Positions 23,271 through 37,352 of a stretch of 64,000 nucleotides of DNA are shown here, piece by piece. Below the pieces are notes generated by a model. It did no database searches, was not told where the DNA came from, and was given only the letters and a program-made list of their open reading frames with translations. The translations under genes were made by a program, and so were the position numbers. The stretch comes from Marsupella aquatica (taxonomy: Eukaryota > Plantae > Marchantiophyta): positions 16,333,974 through 16,397,973 of the forward strand of contig OZ316899.1 of assembly GCA_973895155.1 (NCBI GenBank), written 5' to 3'. Numbering within the stretch: the first letter of the stretch is position 1; each line of letters begins with the position of its first letter.

Positions 23271-26200
23271 CTAAGTAGTCTCCGGTTTGGCCCTAACATT
23301 AATTATATCCACACAATGACTAAAGCTATTGGTAGGTAAAATTTTGGTAAGCATATCTGCCGCATTCTCCTCTAAAGCCACCTTCTCCAAAAACATTTGC
23401 TTTGTCTCAATCACCTCACGGGTGAAGTGATAACAAATATCAATGTGCTTTGTCCTAGCGTGGAACACAGGGTTCTTAGCTAGATGCAAAGCACTTTGAC
23501 TGTCACATAGCAGCACCGGTCTTTCAGGTAAAAGACCCAAATCACTCACCAATCTACGTAGCCAGATCAACTCCTCGGTTGCCTTGCAAGCAGCCATGTA
23601 CTCAGCCTCAGTAGTAGACAACACAACACAAGATTGAGTTGCCGACTTCCAGCTAATACAACCTCCACCCAGCATAAACACATAGCCTGTAGTAGACTTC
23701 CTGTTATCCAAGTTACCAGCATAATTTGAATCTACAAAACCTCCCAACTCTAATGTAGAGTCTGCTTTAACGTCAAATAGAATCCCACAATCTAAGGTAC
23801 CTTTCAGACATTGCAAAACCCACTTCACTGCTTCCCAATGAAGTTTACCAGGGTTTGCCATAAATCTACTCAAAACGCTAACGACGTGGGCAATGTCAGG
23901 TCTAGTGCATGTCATTGCATACATCAAACTACCCACAACACTATCGTAGGGAACCTGTTTCATTGCCAGTCTATCACTCTCACTAGAAGGGCAATCATTC
24001 TTTGAGAGTTTAAAGTGGGAAGCCAATGGAGTACCAACTGGTTTTGCATTCTCCATCCCATACTTGGCAAGTACTTTCTCTAAATACTGCCTCTAAGACA
24101 ACCATAATTGCCTCTGCTACCTATCACAATGAATCTCCATCCCTAGAATCTTCTTGGCCTGACCCAAGTCCTTCATTGAAAACTCCTTACTCAGCATTGC
24201 TTTTAGATGGGCAACATCAGACTTATTCTCAGCCAGGATCAACATGTCATCCACGTACAGTGCCAGCACAATGTAACCAAAGCGTGAGTAATTCTCCACC
24301 TCCTTCATGTAAATACAACAATCATGTTCACTCCGCATGAACCCCTGTGATAACATGAAGGAATCAAAATGCATATTCCATTGTTTGGGACTCTGCTTCA
24401 ATCCGTATAACGAGCACAAGATCTAACACACCAAGTGTCTGGTCTTCTTGTCAATAAAACCTGGAGACTGAGCCATATAAATCTCCACATCAAGCAATCA
24501 ATGCAGGAAAGCAGTAATTACATCCATTTGATCTAACTCAAGATCATAGAATACCACAATTGCAAGTAAAACACAGATAGTAGCGAGTTTGACAACTGGT
24601 GAGAAAATCTCCATGTAGTCCAAACCCTCCTTTTGGGTGTACCCTTTGGCCACAAGGCATGCCTTGTAAGTGCCATCCTGCTTCTTCTTGTACAACCATC
24701 TACATGGAACTAGTGTTTTCCAGCAAGGCATGTCCACTAAGCGCCAAGTTGAATTCTTCTTCAAAGAATTCATCTCCTTCAACATCGCCTCCATCCACTT
24801 ATCCTTCTCTAGAGAGGCCATAGCTTCTTCATAGCTAGAGGGGTCTCCATCTTCAGTGAGCAATGTAACACCGGGATGGTCGTCATGCTCAACAACATGA
24901 ACACGAGGATCTGCAAAACCAAATCTATCAGGGGTTGGCCAAGATTGGCCCTTGTGGATTGCCTCAATTGAGGAACTACACTCTACCAGAGGGACCAACA
25001 GCTTCCTCAACACCATCAAGCTCCACTGTAGTGGGTTCCTCCACCTGCTCCTCCTGATCATCCCGGGTTCTTGACAACCATTCTTCATCAAAAACAACAT
25101 TTCTGCTCACAACTGCCTTGCAATCGACAGGATCCCATAATTTGTAGCCCTTCTGTCCTTAACTAAAGCCTAGAAAAATACATTTCTTAGACTTGGGATC
25201 CAACTTAGACCTGTGTGTCTGCTCAATGTGAACATAGGCAGCACACCCAAAAACTTGGAGTCTAGAGTAATCAACAGGTCTCTTATACCACAACTCAAAT
25301 GGAGTCAGCATCAACTTACTACTGTGCGGTGACAGGTTGTAAACGTATGCAGCTTGGTTGACAGCTTCAGCCCAAAAATTATTGGGCAACTTGGACCTAC
25401 ATAGCATGTTGCGTGCTTTCTCTAGTAGTGTCCAATTCAACCGTTCTGCCACTCCATTCTGTTGCGGGGTCTCTGGTACAGTGTAATGACGCTTGAGGCA
25501 AAGGTCCCGACCAAATTGGTCAAACTCATTGGACTTATACTCGCCGCCGTTATCTGACCAAACACACTTCAACTCCTTCCCAGTTTGTAGCTCCACCATG
25601 GCTTTCCACTCCTTTAAGATCTCAAATACTTGAGACTTCTCCTTCATGTAGTACAACCAACACATTCAAGAGTAATCATCTACAAACGCCACCAAATATC
25701 TGGCTCCACCCAACGACGGCTCCGGCGCTGGACCCCAAACATCTGAATATACATACTCAAGAATCTCATGAGAACGGTAGGAACTAGAACTGAAACTCAC
25801 TCTCCTCTGCTTGCCGTAGATGCAATCTTCACAGAAAGAAAGTTTTCCAGATTGTGTGCCTTGCAGCAAATCTCTGTTTGCCAAGGCTGCCAATACTTTA
25901 CCACTCAAGTGCCCCAATCATGCATGCCATAAATCTATGGCATGTGTGCAACCAGATGTTGATGGTGCTTCAATTGAAGCAACTCACGATGCCACTACAT
26001 CCAAACGTTCCACCACAGAATCCACATGCTCCACTCTAGGAGCAATGACATCTCCTTGCAAGATGTACAAATTATTCTGCCATAGCGCCTTAATCAAAGT
26101 TACCTCACCTTTGACAACAAAGAGCGCACCATCACGTGTAGTGAAATGATATCCACCAGCGTCCAAAGCACCAAGAGAAATCAAGTTCTTAGAGATGTCT

Positions 26201-26780
26201 GGTATGTGTCTGACTTCCGTCAATGCTTGCACAACACCATCAAACATCCGGAATTTGATAGTCCCCATGCCAACAATCTCACATCGGACCCCATTGCCGA
26301 TTTCCACGCTACCAATACACGGTTGGTAAGTAGAGAAATAAGATCGCGTCGGACACACGTGATAAGAGGAACCCAAATCCAACATCCATTTATTGTCATA
26401 CATAGAATTAACCGCACCAATACATAGCACTTCAGCACCATCCTCATGATCAGCAATCACAATGTCAGTTGAAGATGAAGATACACCATCAGAAGTAGGA
26501 CACTTCTGCCTGGTCAAAGAAGGGCAAGACCACTTGGTGTAGCCCTTCTCATGGCAATGCCAACACGGAACCTAGCTTCTTACTACGGGACTTAGATTTA
26601 GATCTTTTATGAGATCTAGATCTAGATTGATCCGCAGTACGCTCAGTGGATCTACCTCTAACCATTAAGGTAACAAACTCATCATCATAGGAAGATAGAT
26701 GTCGCTTGCTCCATTCTGCAAGAATAGTAGCCTTCACCGCATCTAGCTTCAACATAGGCTTGTCATGCGTGATGACCCTT
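23271..26780 (-). pseudogene. pol: Copia gag-pol remnant
   Basis: Seven collinear ORF fragments separated by stops and frameshifts. Confidence 0.92.
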
Positions 26781-29700
26781 TTCCACCTCAAACTTCGGCG
26801 CCGCAAGCTTTCTTGAAGTCATTGATGCTTACACAAACACACAGGAAACACAAGTACCGATATACCTCTACACATAATCACCAAAAAATGAAAGTTGGCA
26901 AAAGTGGAACTATAATGCACCGCGTAACCTGCAAGGTACACTACCAATATCTGAAAACAATTTGGCAAAAAATTGCTTCAGAAAAAACTTATCCATAATT
27001 TTTTTCCCCCTCTCCTGAAAGCACCAGCGGAACGGTGTTTTGTGGGTCTGTCAAACACTTGTCAAGGAGCTTAAGTGGCTTTCCTCCCCAAAAAACTATC
27101 TAATACCTGCTCCATATCATACCAGAGCCATAAATGATTGACAAACTTCTGAAATATGCTTGCAATATCTAATCACACCATACATAAGTAGTTTAAACTC
27201 TCCACTTCTAGAGAGGTAGTCCCCTTGACTACTTTTGCACTCACACTCTTCCTTTCTCCTTTACTCCAAGGATTAGCAAGGGGGATCTCCACTCCAAGCT
27301 GTCACCTTAGAGTAGATTCTCACACAAACATCCAAGAACCCAAAGTACTTTCCTCTTCCAGCTTAAGTCTCTTTAAGACCCTCAAAGTAGTGTTACCCCT
27401 CAACCTTGCCCCTGGGCCATGGTTTGGGTCCACACATCCCCTTTGAGCTCTTAGAAATAACTCTTCTTTCTAAGGACTCTTCCTCTTGTTCTCACAAAAG
27501 ACAAAGTACTTTCCACCATCAAGATACAATTCTCTCTAAGTCTCAAATTAGTGCTCCATCTTAACCTTGCCTACCTGGCCTTGGTTGTGTACCAGCACAT
27601 CCTCTTCAAGCTTAAACCAAGATTGCATCTAACGTGGGCTCTTCTCTTGCCCTCATATACTTCAAATTCCCTCACACTTAATGATCACATTGAAGATTGG
27701 GAAGACTCCTTTCATTGCATACTCAATTCTTACAACAAAATATCTTCTACAATATCCTCACACTAAGTATGGACCTCACTTCCTTCTTAAGCTTAGCCCC
27801 AACTTAGCAAGGTAGAGCCTCTACTTTGAGAATTGAGAATTCTGATCCCTAACAAAGGAAAACTTCCTCCTTATGTACTATTCTCCTTCCACACCACACC
27901 AAGGTAGCCCACCAAGGACCAAAGACCAAAGTAGAGGACCAAGGACCAAGGACCAAGGTAGCCCACCAAGGACCAAGGACCAAAGTCCTCCTTACTACCA
28001 AAGTCACACTACAACCAAAGTCCAACTAACTACCACTCTTACTCAAGCTCCTTCACCTTGTGATTGCCTGGTCTATTCAACCATCTCCCAGCCGCCCTTA
28101 TTCTTGACTCATTCCTGCCTTGTGGTAGCCTCGTCGAAGTGTTTTTACACTTAGTCGAATTTTGTTATTTTGGAAAAAATATAATTCCCCGGCCCATATT
28201 GTACCCACCGCCAAAAATCACCCATAAGGCCAAAAGGACTTTTGAGTAGATCCATAGATTTTCTGGACATAGGGTTATGTCCTTGTTTAATAAGATCTAA
28301 ACAAAACCCTCTAACCAATTTTCTAAAATTAGGTAAAGAGGATTAATTCTTATATTTTCCAAAATTCTTCTCAACTTTGAGATGCTCCCAAAAAGTAACC
28401 AAAGGTAACCAAGTTCTCCCACAAGTTTCCAGGGATAGAGTGGATCATATTTAACCTACTCTGCAACTTGGAACCCCTAACTTTTCCCATCAACTATTTT
28501 TCCTGAGACCCGCTATTTGGTAACTTTAAGTTTTGCCAAAATACTTACAACTCCTAGGTTAAAACCCCACTTGACTTTGTGACTTTTATCTGTGGTCTAG
28601 GGACTACCTAGCCCCCAAAGGGTGAGTCTTAGCAAAACTTATCACTCAAAAGTATCAGTCATGCCTTCGGCCCGACTTGCCGACTACCGTAACTTTTTTC
28701 CGCCCTTACCGAATAACTTACTCAACTCTTGATACTTCTTAGAGAAACATGTCCTCTCCCTCAATTTATTTCCCTACTCTAATTCCTTAGAACCCCAATT
28801 TTGTGAATACCAGGGTATTGGTTACATTCCAGTTTTTTCTAAATATATTATAGTTTATGATCTTTAATTAAATTAATTAAATTAATTGATAATGAAGTTT
28901 AGAACATCATGAAACTTCACACCAAGAATAAATAGTGATCTTTGAGGAATATTTCTTTGACAATCATCCATAGTGGGACAGAATCATATGAAACCAACTT
29001 AGGAATACAACAAGTAACTTTTACATAAATATGATTGTAATTAAATGGTGTACTACATATTTACATCAATTTGTGTACCCTAAACCCTAAACTGAGCATA
29101 TCTCTGCAATGCTAGAGTGCATCTGATTTATCGCCAAAATCCACCCTAAACCCTATAAGTAATTAAAAGTGTACTTTTATTTGGCCCTGCATTGGTCTGA
29201 CCTCATTCTTGGTTAACCGCGCCAGCCTCTACTTGTTTGCATCTCTCAAGATTATCTTGTGCTTTACCAACAACAGATTTAGGAATTCCAACCAAACCAG
29301 TTTTAGTGTTTCGAGACTTGAAACACCACAAAACACTATTCACGGTTATTTTGTGAGGCATGGGATATTCTCGTTCATCCCGTTCCCATTTTTTACTCCA
29401 ACAAATTTTCCATCTTTCTTTCTGCCCCACTTCACTCTTGCTCATATGAGGCCGAAACCACTCCACTAAACACATGTTCAAGCTTGTTCTCATCATTCAG
29501 TTCTCCTTCTTCCACATCGCTCACCACTCGTCCCAAATGAACAGGGTAGTTCTCTATATCCTCCGTTGCTGGTCTTTGCAAGATAAAATGGCCCTTCACA
29601 ATATCTACTTTCAGTTGAAAGGCTTCCCGTGGCCTATTCTTCACAGGTCCAACATAGTCCTCTCTTGCATCCAACTCACACACAATATTCTGAAAAGTGA

Positions 29701-31697
29701 TAGGCACATTGTCTCTCCAATTTGTCTGTGGCCAAAATCCACCTTTCAAGTTTTCTCCATCTTTTGGCCTATATTGTACAACCTCTGTTTCCAGTGTCGC
29801 TAAGACAACCTTCCAATATTGGATGAGATCATCCCAAGATTCTCTTAATTCCTCCGTCTCACTTCTATCCACGATCAATTGGAAGAACTTCAAATGTTTT
29901 TGTATCCCCACCCGGACATCAGCCAACATGCTTATTTCCGTCATAGGAAGTCTTTTTGGCATCCCAGACGGAAGGTTTGGACATCCATCTTCTCCCCAAG
30001 ACCACATTTCAATACCCTCCTTTGGCACCCATGGGACATCATCATTGGACTTGAGCTTATACTGAAACATGGCATCCCGTCCTCTCATACATAGAATCTA
30101 AATAGGCGGGGCTTTCCATGCCCCACCAATGAGTCTGGGCCTCTTAGTAAAAAAGGCTCTACGTATCCTTTGAAATCCGGTACTTCTTGTACAAAATGTG
30201 GAACCGGACTCGGCGTTCTTGCTCTCATGAATAAACTCATCAAATCAGGTAATGTCCATGTTGGATTGTGCATAAGAGATTCAGAAAAGTTTCCAAACAT
30301 GGCATCAACATCTTCATGAGTATGCCCTACCATAAGGAATCCAAGTTGTACCTCCTCAAAGACCTTCCTTGCTGTTAACAATGATAAATAAGCCATAACA
30401 AAACCATTTTTGTTATCACTTGGTGCGTTGTCAAGCTGCAATTTTATGTATGTGGGAGAGGCCTGAAACATTGACTCGGAGGCAAAGATGATGACTTAGC
30501 TGCATCATTCCAAATCCAAATATTTTTTTAATCAGAAAAATGTGTACTTAAAGTAACCTTTTTTTACTCTATCAATTCTATCCAAAACAATCATGGCTAA
30601 TAATAATTACAACATTAAAACTCAACTTCAAAATTATCTTACCTTGCTCTTTGATGAAACTGGAGTCTTCATTAAATGCTTTCCTCACATCTCTCTCAAG
30701 AACATCTGTTCTCCCCCATAGAAGATTGCTGAAGATCTTTGTGGAATCCGGACCCTCCAGAAGCAAATTTATCATCGGTTCTGGATTTTCTAACATCCGT
30801 AGAATTGAGTCAATTGACCCAACGCTTGCATTTGAATCTGGAGCCCAGCAAGCCAGATTATACTGAGCCACAGCTTTTGGTCCATGACCATGAGTTAAAA
30901 TACTTGTTACAGTGTTTGGTACGTAGTCGGATCGACCCATCGCAATCTTTTGGATTCCATGGCATTTTGGGGAGAGCAGTCTTACAATGGTCCATCTTGT
31001 CATGGATTATACAAACCGACTCCTTGGGATGTGCAACTGAGTGCGACCTCCATGCATGATATAAGAGTCTCCCTTGTGTGTGATCTTCATGATGCTCCTC
31101 TTCATCTCTCCTAAAAATCTCTAACTCCTCTTTTCCTCCAGAAAGGCGAGCCCTCCTTTGCTGCAACTCACTACATTTGTTGCATTTTGAAAAGTTGTTT
31201 CCCTTCTTGTGAATCAAAACCTCTTTGAAATATTTTTGGTGAAGGAAACTCATTGTCGGTTGAGATATCCGGCCTAGACCGAGAGCAATGTTTATATCAT
31301 TTACCGTCTCCCTCATTGTCTCCCAAGTGAGGCTTGTTGGCAACTCTCGGAGACCAACCCTCGAGTTGTCAGCCAGAGTCCTCTGTTTGGCAGGATGATT
31401 ATCTGCACTCTCATCAATAATCATTTTCATTGACATCAACGACTACAAAACTCTTTCCGACATCCTTGTCTTCCCAAGATTGCCATGCTGTGATATCTTA
31501 AGGCCTTCCCTAACCTGTTTTTTCATAATATCGAATTGGGTTTTTTTTGGCATGCAACACCTTCCATGCCTCCAAATAGATTGGAACGCCTTCAACACCT
31601 AACAGCCTCTCCCCTTCTGACGTGTCGAGCGCATTCTGAATAGCCAAGACTTCCTCCTCTTTCCTTTGTTGGAAGGACTTACTAAAGTATTTATCCT

Positions 31698-32679
31698 TGT
31701 GGAAAGCCTTTTCTAAGGAAGTATTCTAAAGGAGTATTCAATCTACATTTTTCAAACCTTTTGAAACCTTTTAAGCGACAAATGAAGTTATTTACAGAAG
31801 ATGAAGGAGTTAAAGCTCTAAAACTGCTTTCACATTGAAGGATCCTTTTTAATCGACAATTGCTTTTACATCGGAAGAATCGTTCAGGCGTTTTTAGTTG
31901 GATTTTGATTCAACTTCTCTTAAACCGTTCTCCCTCTCCCTTTTTCCTAAATTGAGCTCATTAGATAGAATTTAGCTTAGTTAAACTAGTTTAGCCATCA
32001 TTAGGAATCTTAGCTTAGGAAAGTAGTTAGAACTACTTACCTCTTCAAATCTTCCATCAATAGTTAGTTTTTAGGTAGTTAAGTCACCTTTTCAGATCTC
32101 TTTGATCTGTGAGGGAGTGATACAATTGAACTCCCAGGCAAAATTGCCTTGTCATTTTCTCTGGAAACGATTTGTGACCAGTATGGGTCTTTTCCTCATG
32201 CCAAGTTGGGCTTTAGGAGGAAGAATCGCAGAAATGAGAAAATGCACCACCCAAATTCCACTGTTATTCATGATTCCCTCGTGCATTTCTTGCAAACTTT
32301 GGAATGAATGAATACATTTTAAGAAAACATTTCTTTGGTTTTGTATGGAAAAATATGAGTAAAGTTCTGAAATCTAGAGTTTAGAGAATTGTAGTGAAAT
32401 CCCTAATGTAAAACCGATCTCTGTTGAGTATAAGGAATTTAGGAATGGAACGAAAATCAAACTTCTATTGAGAAAGAGCGATAGTCTGAGAGTTTCCATA
32501 TTAAAACGATTGATCATAAAGATTTTGAGTGATACATAGTACTTGTATTAGGAAAGAGACTCCTAAAGATCTCAAAGACCTTAATACCATCATAAATTGA
32601 TTTCCTTTATTCCTTACGGGAACGAATTCGAGTTTCTAAGGTACATTTTATACAAGTTTCATCTAAAACACTTACCACA
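31698..32679 (+). repeat. 5' LTR
   Basis: TGTGGAAAG...TTACCACA; about 7 substitutions versus the 3' LTR by eye. Confidence 0.95.
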
Positions 32680-32688
32680 TATTCTTTT

Positions 32689-32706
32689 TGGCGCCGCTGC
32701 CGGGGA
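32689..32706 (+). promoter_or_regulatory. Primer binding site, tRNA-Asp type
   Basis: TGGCGCCGCTGCCGGGGA, one mismatch from the Athila-type TGGCGCCGTTGCCGGGGA. Confidence 0.85.
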
Positions 32707-35315
32707 ATAAACTAAGAAATCGAGTTATGAAGACAGCGGATTGAAGTTTCGCCAATAGATTGGAAATTGAAAAAAAATTGAAGTCTGAAGACTATGCCAA
32801 GTTTTACAAACCGTTCGTGATGGAGGACGATTTGTGGATGCCGCCTCAAATGGTGTTTAAGTTTGATGTACAACCATTCACCATCAAGAATGCACCCAAA
32901 ATGTATGTCAAAAGGATGAGGAAGGTGCACCATCAAAGCCTCGAAGAGGAAAAGAATAACAAGATCCAGGAGACAGAACGCCCGACCATTGGTGCCAAGA
33001 ATGAATCGTCATGAATGGGGCGCAAACGGATTGCAAATGATGCCAATCGTCTTGACAAAATTAATTGATAGACGTATCAATTCATTGGTAATTAAGATTG
33101 TCTGTTATCATATGTAAGCCAATGTTTCTGATTTAAGATAGTGCTCAAGGATTTGGTGTTGTGCGGTAGAAGGAATTTGAATCCTGACAACTTCAATTTA
33201 AATTGTTGTAGGAGCCAATAAACAAAAACGGTTACAAAAATTTGGGGATTTTAAATTTGATCCAAATTAAGGTAACGATGTGGTTTGGAAGTCAGGATCT
33301 ATGGAGGAAGTCTGATAAGTATTTCCTATTTTTGATGAATGGAGCACATTCATGAAAGAATAATTAGAATTATGAAGTAAGGATGGATCTCCATGAGTAC
33401 AGACGGTACTAACCCTAGAGAGAGAGAGATACGCTATCAAAATAGAGAAGAGAAGAAACGCCTTCAAGCCCAAGCAACCGGAGTGGGTTGTAAATCATTT
33501 TCACAAAAAAAGATAAAAATTGATTTGATAAGTGGACAATTCCAATTGGCAAATTCAATTTGAAGGAGAAAGAAGAAAAGCCCAAGTATTGGATTGGGCA
33601 GAAAATCGATTTCAATAAGGAGACATCAATTTGGTAAGGGCACCAATCTGATTGGAAAATCCAATTTGAAGGAGAAGAGGACTCATTGTTCAAGGGAATT
33701 TGATCAATTCCCCTCGAGTAATTGACCTTGTGAGTATGGAGGACTCACCACAGTTTGGCTCACCCTTGACATTTATGGTTATTCATTTTCTAATTAATAG
33801 TGCCCCATCTGCCTTAGTCAAATCAATGAGAGAAAAGATGGAAAGGGAGATGGAGAAGTAGGAAATTGAGAGGAAGACCAATGTACCAGTTGGTCCAATC
33901 TGTTGGTCAAGTCAATTAAGAGTATTTGATAGTGGATGAACAGGACTCTATTTTAATGTTAGAATAAGAATAGTTATAGAAATTTTGAAATTTTTTAGTT
34001 CCCCAATCTAGTCTCAGTAGGTCTAGAATATGAAAAGCTCAAATTAAAGAGGACATGAACTCTCTCAAAAAGAGGGAAAACAATTTAAGAGGCTTAAGGG
34101 CCAAAATTCAAACTAAGGTACGGATTGCTAAGGTGAAAAACTGTTCACTCATTGAAGATCAGCCTTCTAGTGATGAAGCAACTGATTCTGATGAAGAGAC
34201 ATCTGAGGCGATTGCTGAGAAGGAAGGAATTTTGAAACGAGTGCTACGCCGTCAGTTGGTAAGCTAAGTTGCAAGGAGCCATGGACAATTTTTGTAGAGC
34301 TAATGCTCTAAACACTAGCCTGATTGAGAAGCTCATGCAAAATTTTCATTGTTAAAAAGAAGACCTCAACGAGATAGAATCAATGAAGACCAAACAAGCT
34401 GATGCAGAGCGAATCAAGATGAACATGGAGACAAAAAAGAAAAAGCTTGAGAAAAAGCTCAGAGAAGCGGTTCAGAGCTCAGTCCTGCCTACTATTCAAC
34501 GATCGCTCGAGACTTTGGCAAAAACGGTGGACCAAATTTTGCTTTCTGCAGAAGATCGTCTTCAATTGGTCGCCTTGACTTTGGAAGGCTGGAGGAGTGA
34601 GGAGAAGAGTCTTTCTAAAGTTTATTTAGATGCCCTAGATGGACACCTTTCCCATCTGTTGGCTGGAGACATTGAGATTGATGTCAGCATTCCAGTTCAG
34701 TTTGTTCCAGCCAGCCCAACCACATCGATCAACTTTGATTTGCAGGCACATGCACGACAAGCAATTGTTCTTGCAGAGAGTAAGGTACTCTTAGGTGACT
34801 TGCAGCTAAATCTTGTTAATTTTTGTAAGCTGCTTGCACCTACAGTCTTTGAGAGAATTCAGTAGATTGGAGGCGATTTTGGGTTCAGCATTGAGAAATT
34901 GGAACGAGCGATTGTGGCATCAGCTCGGAAGAGTAACCGAAAGAAGAGGAGGAGCCAAGTACAGAGGTTATTCAGATGGAAGCTGTTCAAAACTTATCAG
35001 AGCCACTGGTTCCCAGAAAGAAGACACTGAAGCGCTCCCATCTAGACACCCTGAGCCCGACACCGGTTTCTCTCAAGAAGCTTAAACGCTCATCCCACTT
35101 GCTCCAATTCTGGAAGCTCAAGAAGGGATTCCCTCAGCCTTTAAGAGACAAAGAATCACTTCATTCAAAATTACCAAAAAGCGATTCTTTCATCCAAAAC
35201 ATCAGAAGATACCGCCCTAGAAGATGATGGTGCTGGAGGAGATCATGACCTGGTACATCCTTTCCAAAGAAGAAACTTTTCCAAGACTTACTGTTTGCGA
35301 GGTCGCTTCACATTT

Positions 35316-35325
35316 AAGGAGGGGA
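35316..35325 (+). promoter_or_regulatory. Polypurine tract
   Basis: AAGGAGGGGA just upstream of the 3' LTR. Confidence 0.8.
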
Positions 35326-35328
35326 TTA

Positions 35329-36310
35329 TGTGGAAAGCCTTTTCTAAGGAAGTATTCTAAAGGAGTATTCAATCTACATTTTTCAAACCTTTTGAAACCT
35401 TTTAAGCGACAAATGAAGTTATTTACAGAAGATGAAGGAGTTAAAGCTCTAAAACTGCTTTCACATTGAAGGATCCTTTTTAATCGACAATTGCTTTTAC
35501 ATCGGAAGAATCATTCAGGCGTTTTTAGTTGGATTTTGATTCAACTTCTCTTAAACCGTTCTCCCTCTCCCTTTTTCCTAAATTGAGCTCATTAGATAGA
35601 ATTTAGCTTAGTTAAACTAGTTTAGCCATCATTAGGAATCTTAGCTTAGGAAAGTAGTTAGAACTACTTACCTCTTCAAATCTTCCATCAATAGTTAGTT
35701 TTTAGGTAGTTAAGTCACCTTTTCAGATCTCTTTGATCTGTGAGGGAGTGATACAATTGAACTCCCAGGAAAAATTGTCTTGTCATTTTCTCTGGAAACG
35801 ATTTGTGACCAGTATGGGTCTTTTCCTCATGCCAGGTTGGGCTTTAGGAGGAAGAATCGCAGAAATGAGAAAATGCACCACCCAAATTCCACTGTTATTC
35901 ATGATTCCCTCGTGCATTTCTTGCAAACTTTGGAATGAATGAATACATTTTAAGAAAACATTTCTTTGGTTTTGTGTGGAAAAATATGAGTAAAGTTCTG
36001 AAATCTAGAGTTTAGAGAATTGTAGTGAAATCCCTAATGTAAAACCGATCTCTGTTGAGTATAAGGAATTTAGGAATGGAACGAAAATCAAACTTCTATT
36101 GAGAAGGAGCGATAGTCTGAGAGTTTCCATATTAAAACGATTGATCATAAAGATTTTGAGTGATACATAGTACTTGTATTAGGAAAGAGACTCCTAAAGA
36201 TCTCAAAGACCTTAATACCATCATAAATTGATTTCCTTTATTCCTTACGGGAACGAATTTGAGTTTCTAAGGTACATTTTATACAAGTTTCATCTAAAAC
36301 ACTTACCACA
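35329..36310 (+). repeat. 3' LTR
   Basis: Direct repeat of 31698-32679. Confidence 0.95.
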
Positions 36311-37352
36311 ATCCTTGATTTGGAGATCCAAATCGCGATCAAAGTATTGACAGCATTTTCGCCGACAAGAGTTGTATGTACTGATCAATAAGATATCTTC
36401 AGGTGACAATGCTCTTTCTTTCCTTGAAACATCCCTCCGGGTTTTTTTTTGAGATCTCACTTTATGAACATACGACCTCTTCCCACTGGAGACATCATGT
36501 TGTTCTCGAGGTTGTTCTAATCCTTGATTCTGAAGGTGATAAAGTAAACTTCTCCCTCCTGGTGCAATTAACCTTGCGATCGGCCAAGGAACAAGGCAAT
36601 CCTTGTATTTCAAATGATCCCTTCTAGCACCATCAACAAATTCTGTAATGAGTATGCCTACATGTGTCTCCCCGAGTAGTGTCCCCTACAACACGACATC
36701 CGGATTGGTGATACTCACCATCGCAATTGAGAAATTGACATTACCCTCATCAATGACTTTGACAGTCATTTCTCGCCAATCTCCTCTCTTTATGATAATT
36801 TCCTTATCCTGAGTTGGTTTTCCTGAACGTCATCTTTCTCCTCGCTTTGATGGCGGTGTTGCATAATGTTTGGAATCAAAATCTCATCTGAAGCCAGGGG
36901 AAGAAGATCCGACCGCCTCCAAGCCGTGATGGACCCATCTTCAAATTTGAGAGTGTTTGCTTCAACCAGACTGACAACTTTCTGAACCCTTACCAACACT
37001 TGAGCAGAACCTAAAGATCCATCTTGGGTCTTAAACATTGGATCAATATTCATAATCACCCCCTTTGCAACCAAAGTAGGTCCATTGCATAATCCAACTT
37101 CTTTCCCAAGTCGAATCCAATTCTTGGACGTCACCATTTGTAACTGATCCAAAAACCATAAAGAGATTAGACAAAATAGCTCATGACATTCATAAAATGG
37201 GTTCCCTATCTAAAGCCAATCAAAAAATTTACATTGAACAAAGTCTCCCCCTTCAAAATTCCAACATTTCATCTCTCAGAAATCTAATATTGTCTCTTAA
37301 AAAATATCCGGACACTAAATGGGGATATCTTCCTAAAAATAAAAGACTACCT

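Larger units (their letters stand above)
22907..26785 (-). mobile_element. Ty1/Copia retrotransposon, 5'-truncated
   Basis: Minus-strand order gag, PR (WMLDLGSSYH), GAG-pre-integrase, INT (SDVWGP, SDNGGEY, QQNGVAER), RT (QMDV, LYVDDM), RNase H (FVDSNYAG, DSQSAL). The 3' LTR and PPT are present. Confidence 0.95.
31698..36310 (+). mobile_element. Non-autonomous LTR retrotransposon with Athila-type PBS (4613 bp)
   Basis: Two 982-bp LTRs (TG...CA); TSD ATCCT at 31693-31697 and 36311-36315; PBS and PPT present; no RT or integrase motifs inside. Confidence 0.95.
29203..37152 (-). pseudogene. Sola-like DDD transposase, interrupted by the LTR element at 31698-36310
   Basis: FSKCNKC, IIHDKMD, QLDNAPSDNKN, FLMVGHTHEDVDAMFG. 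Frameshifts and a probable intron at ~30468-30640. Upstream exons at 36316-37152. Confidence 0.72.

Noticed and set aside
27895-27985. AGGACCA short tandem repeats
   Set aside because: Simple low-complexity repeat with no further structure.
26786-28826. Possible LTR-like insertion bounded by TTCCA (26781-26785 and 28827-28831) and ending GGTTACA
   Set aside because: No TG start, and Copia gag does not resume after 28831; left unannotated.
29078-29155. CCCTAAA telomere-like units
   Set aside because: Only two or so units per site; too short to call an interstitial telomere.
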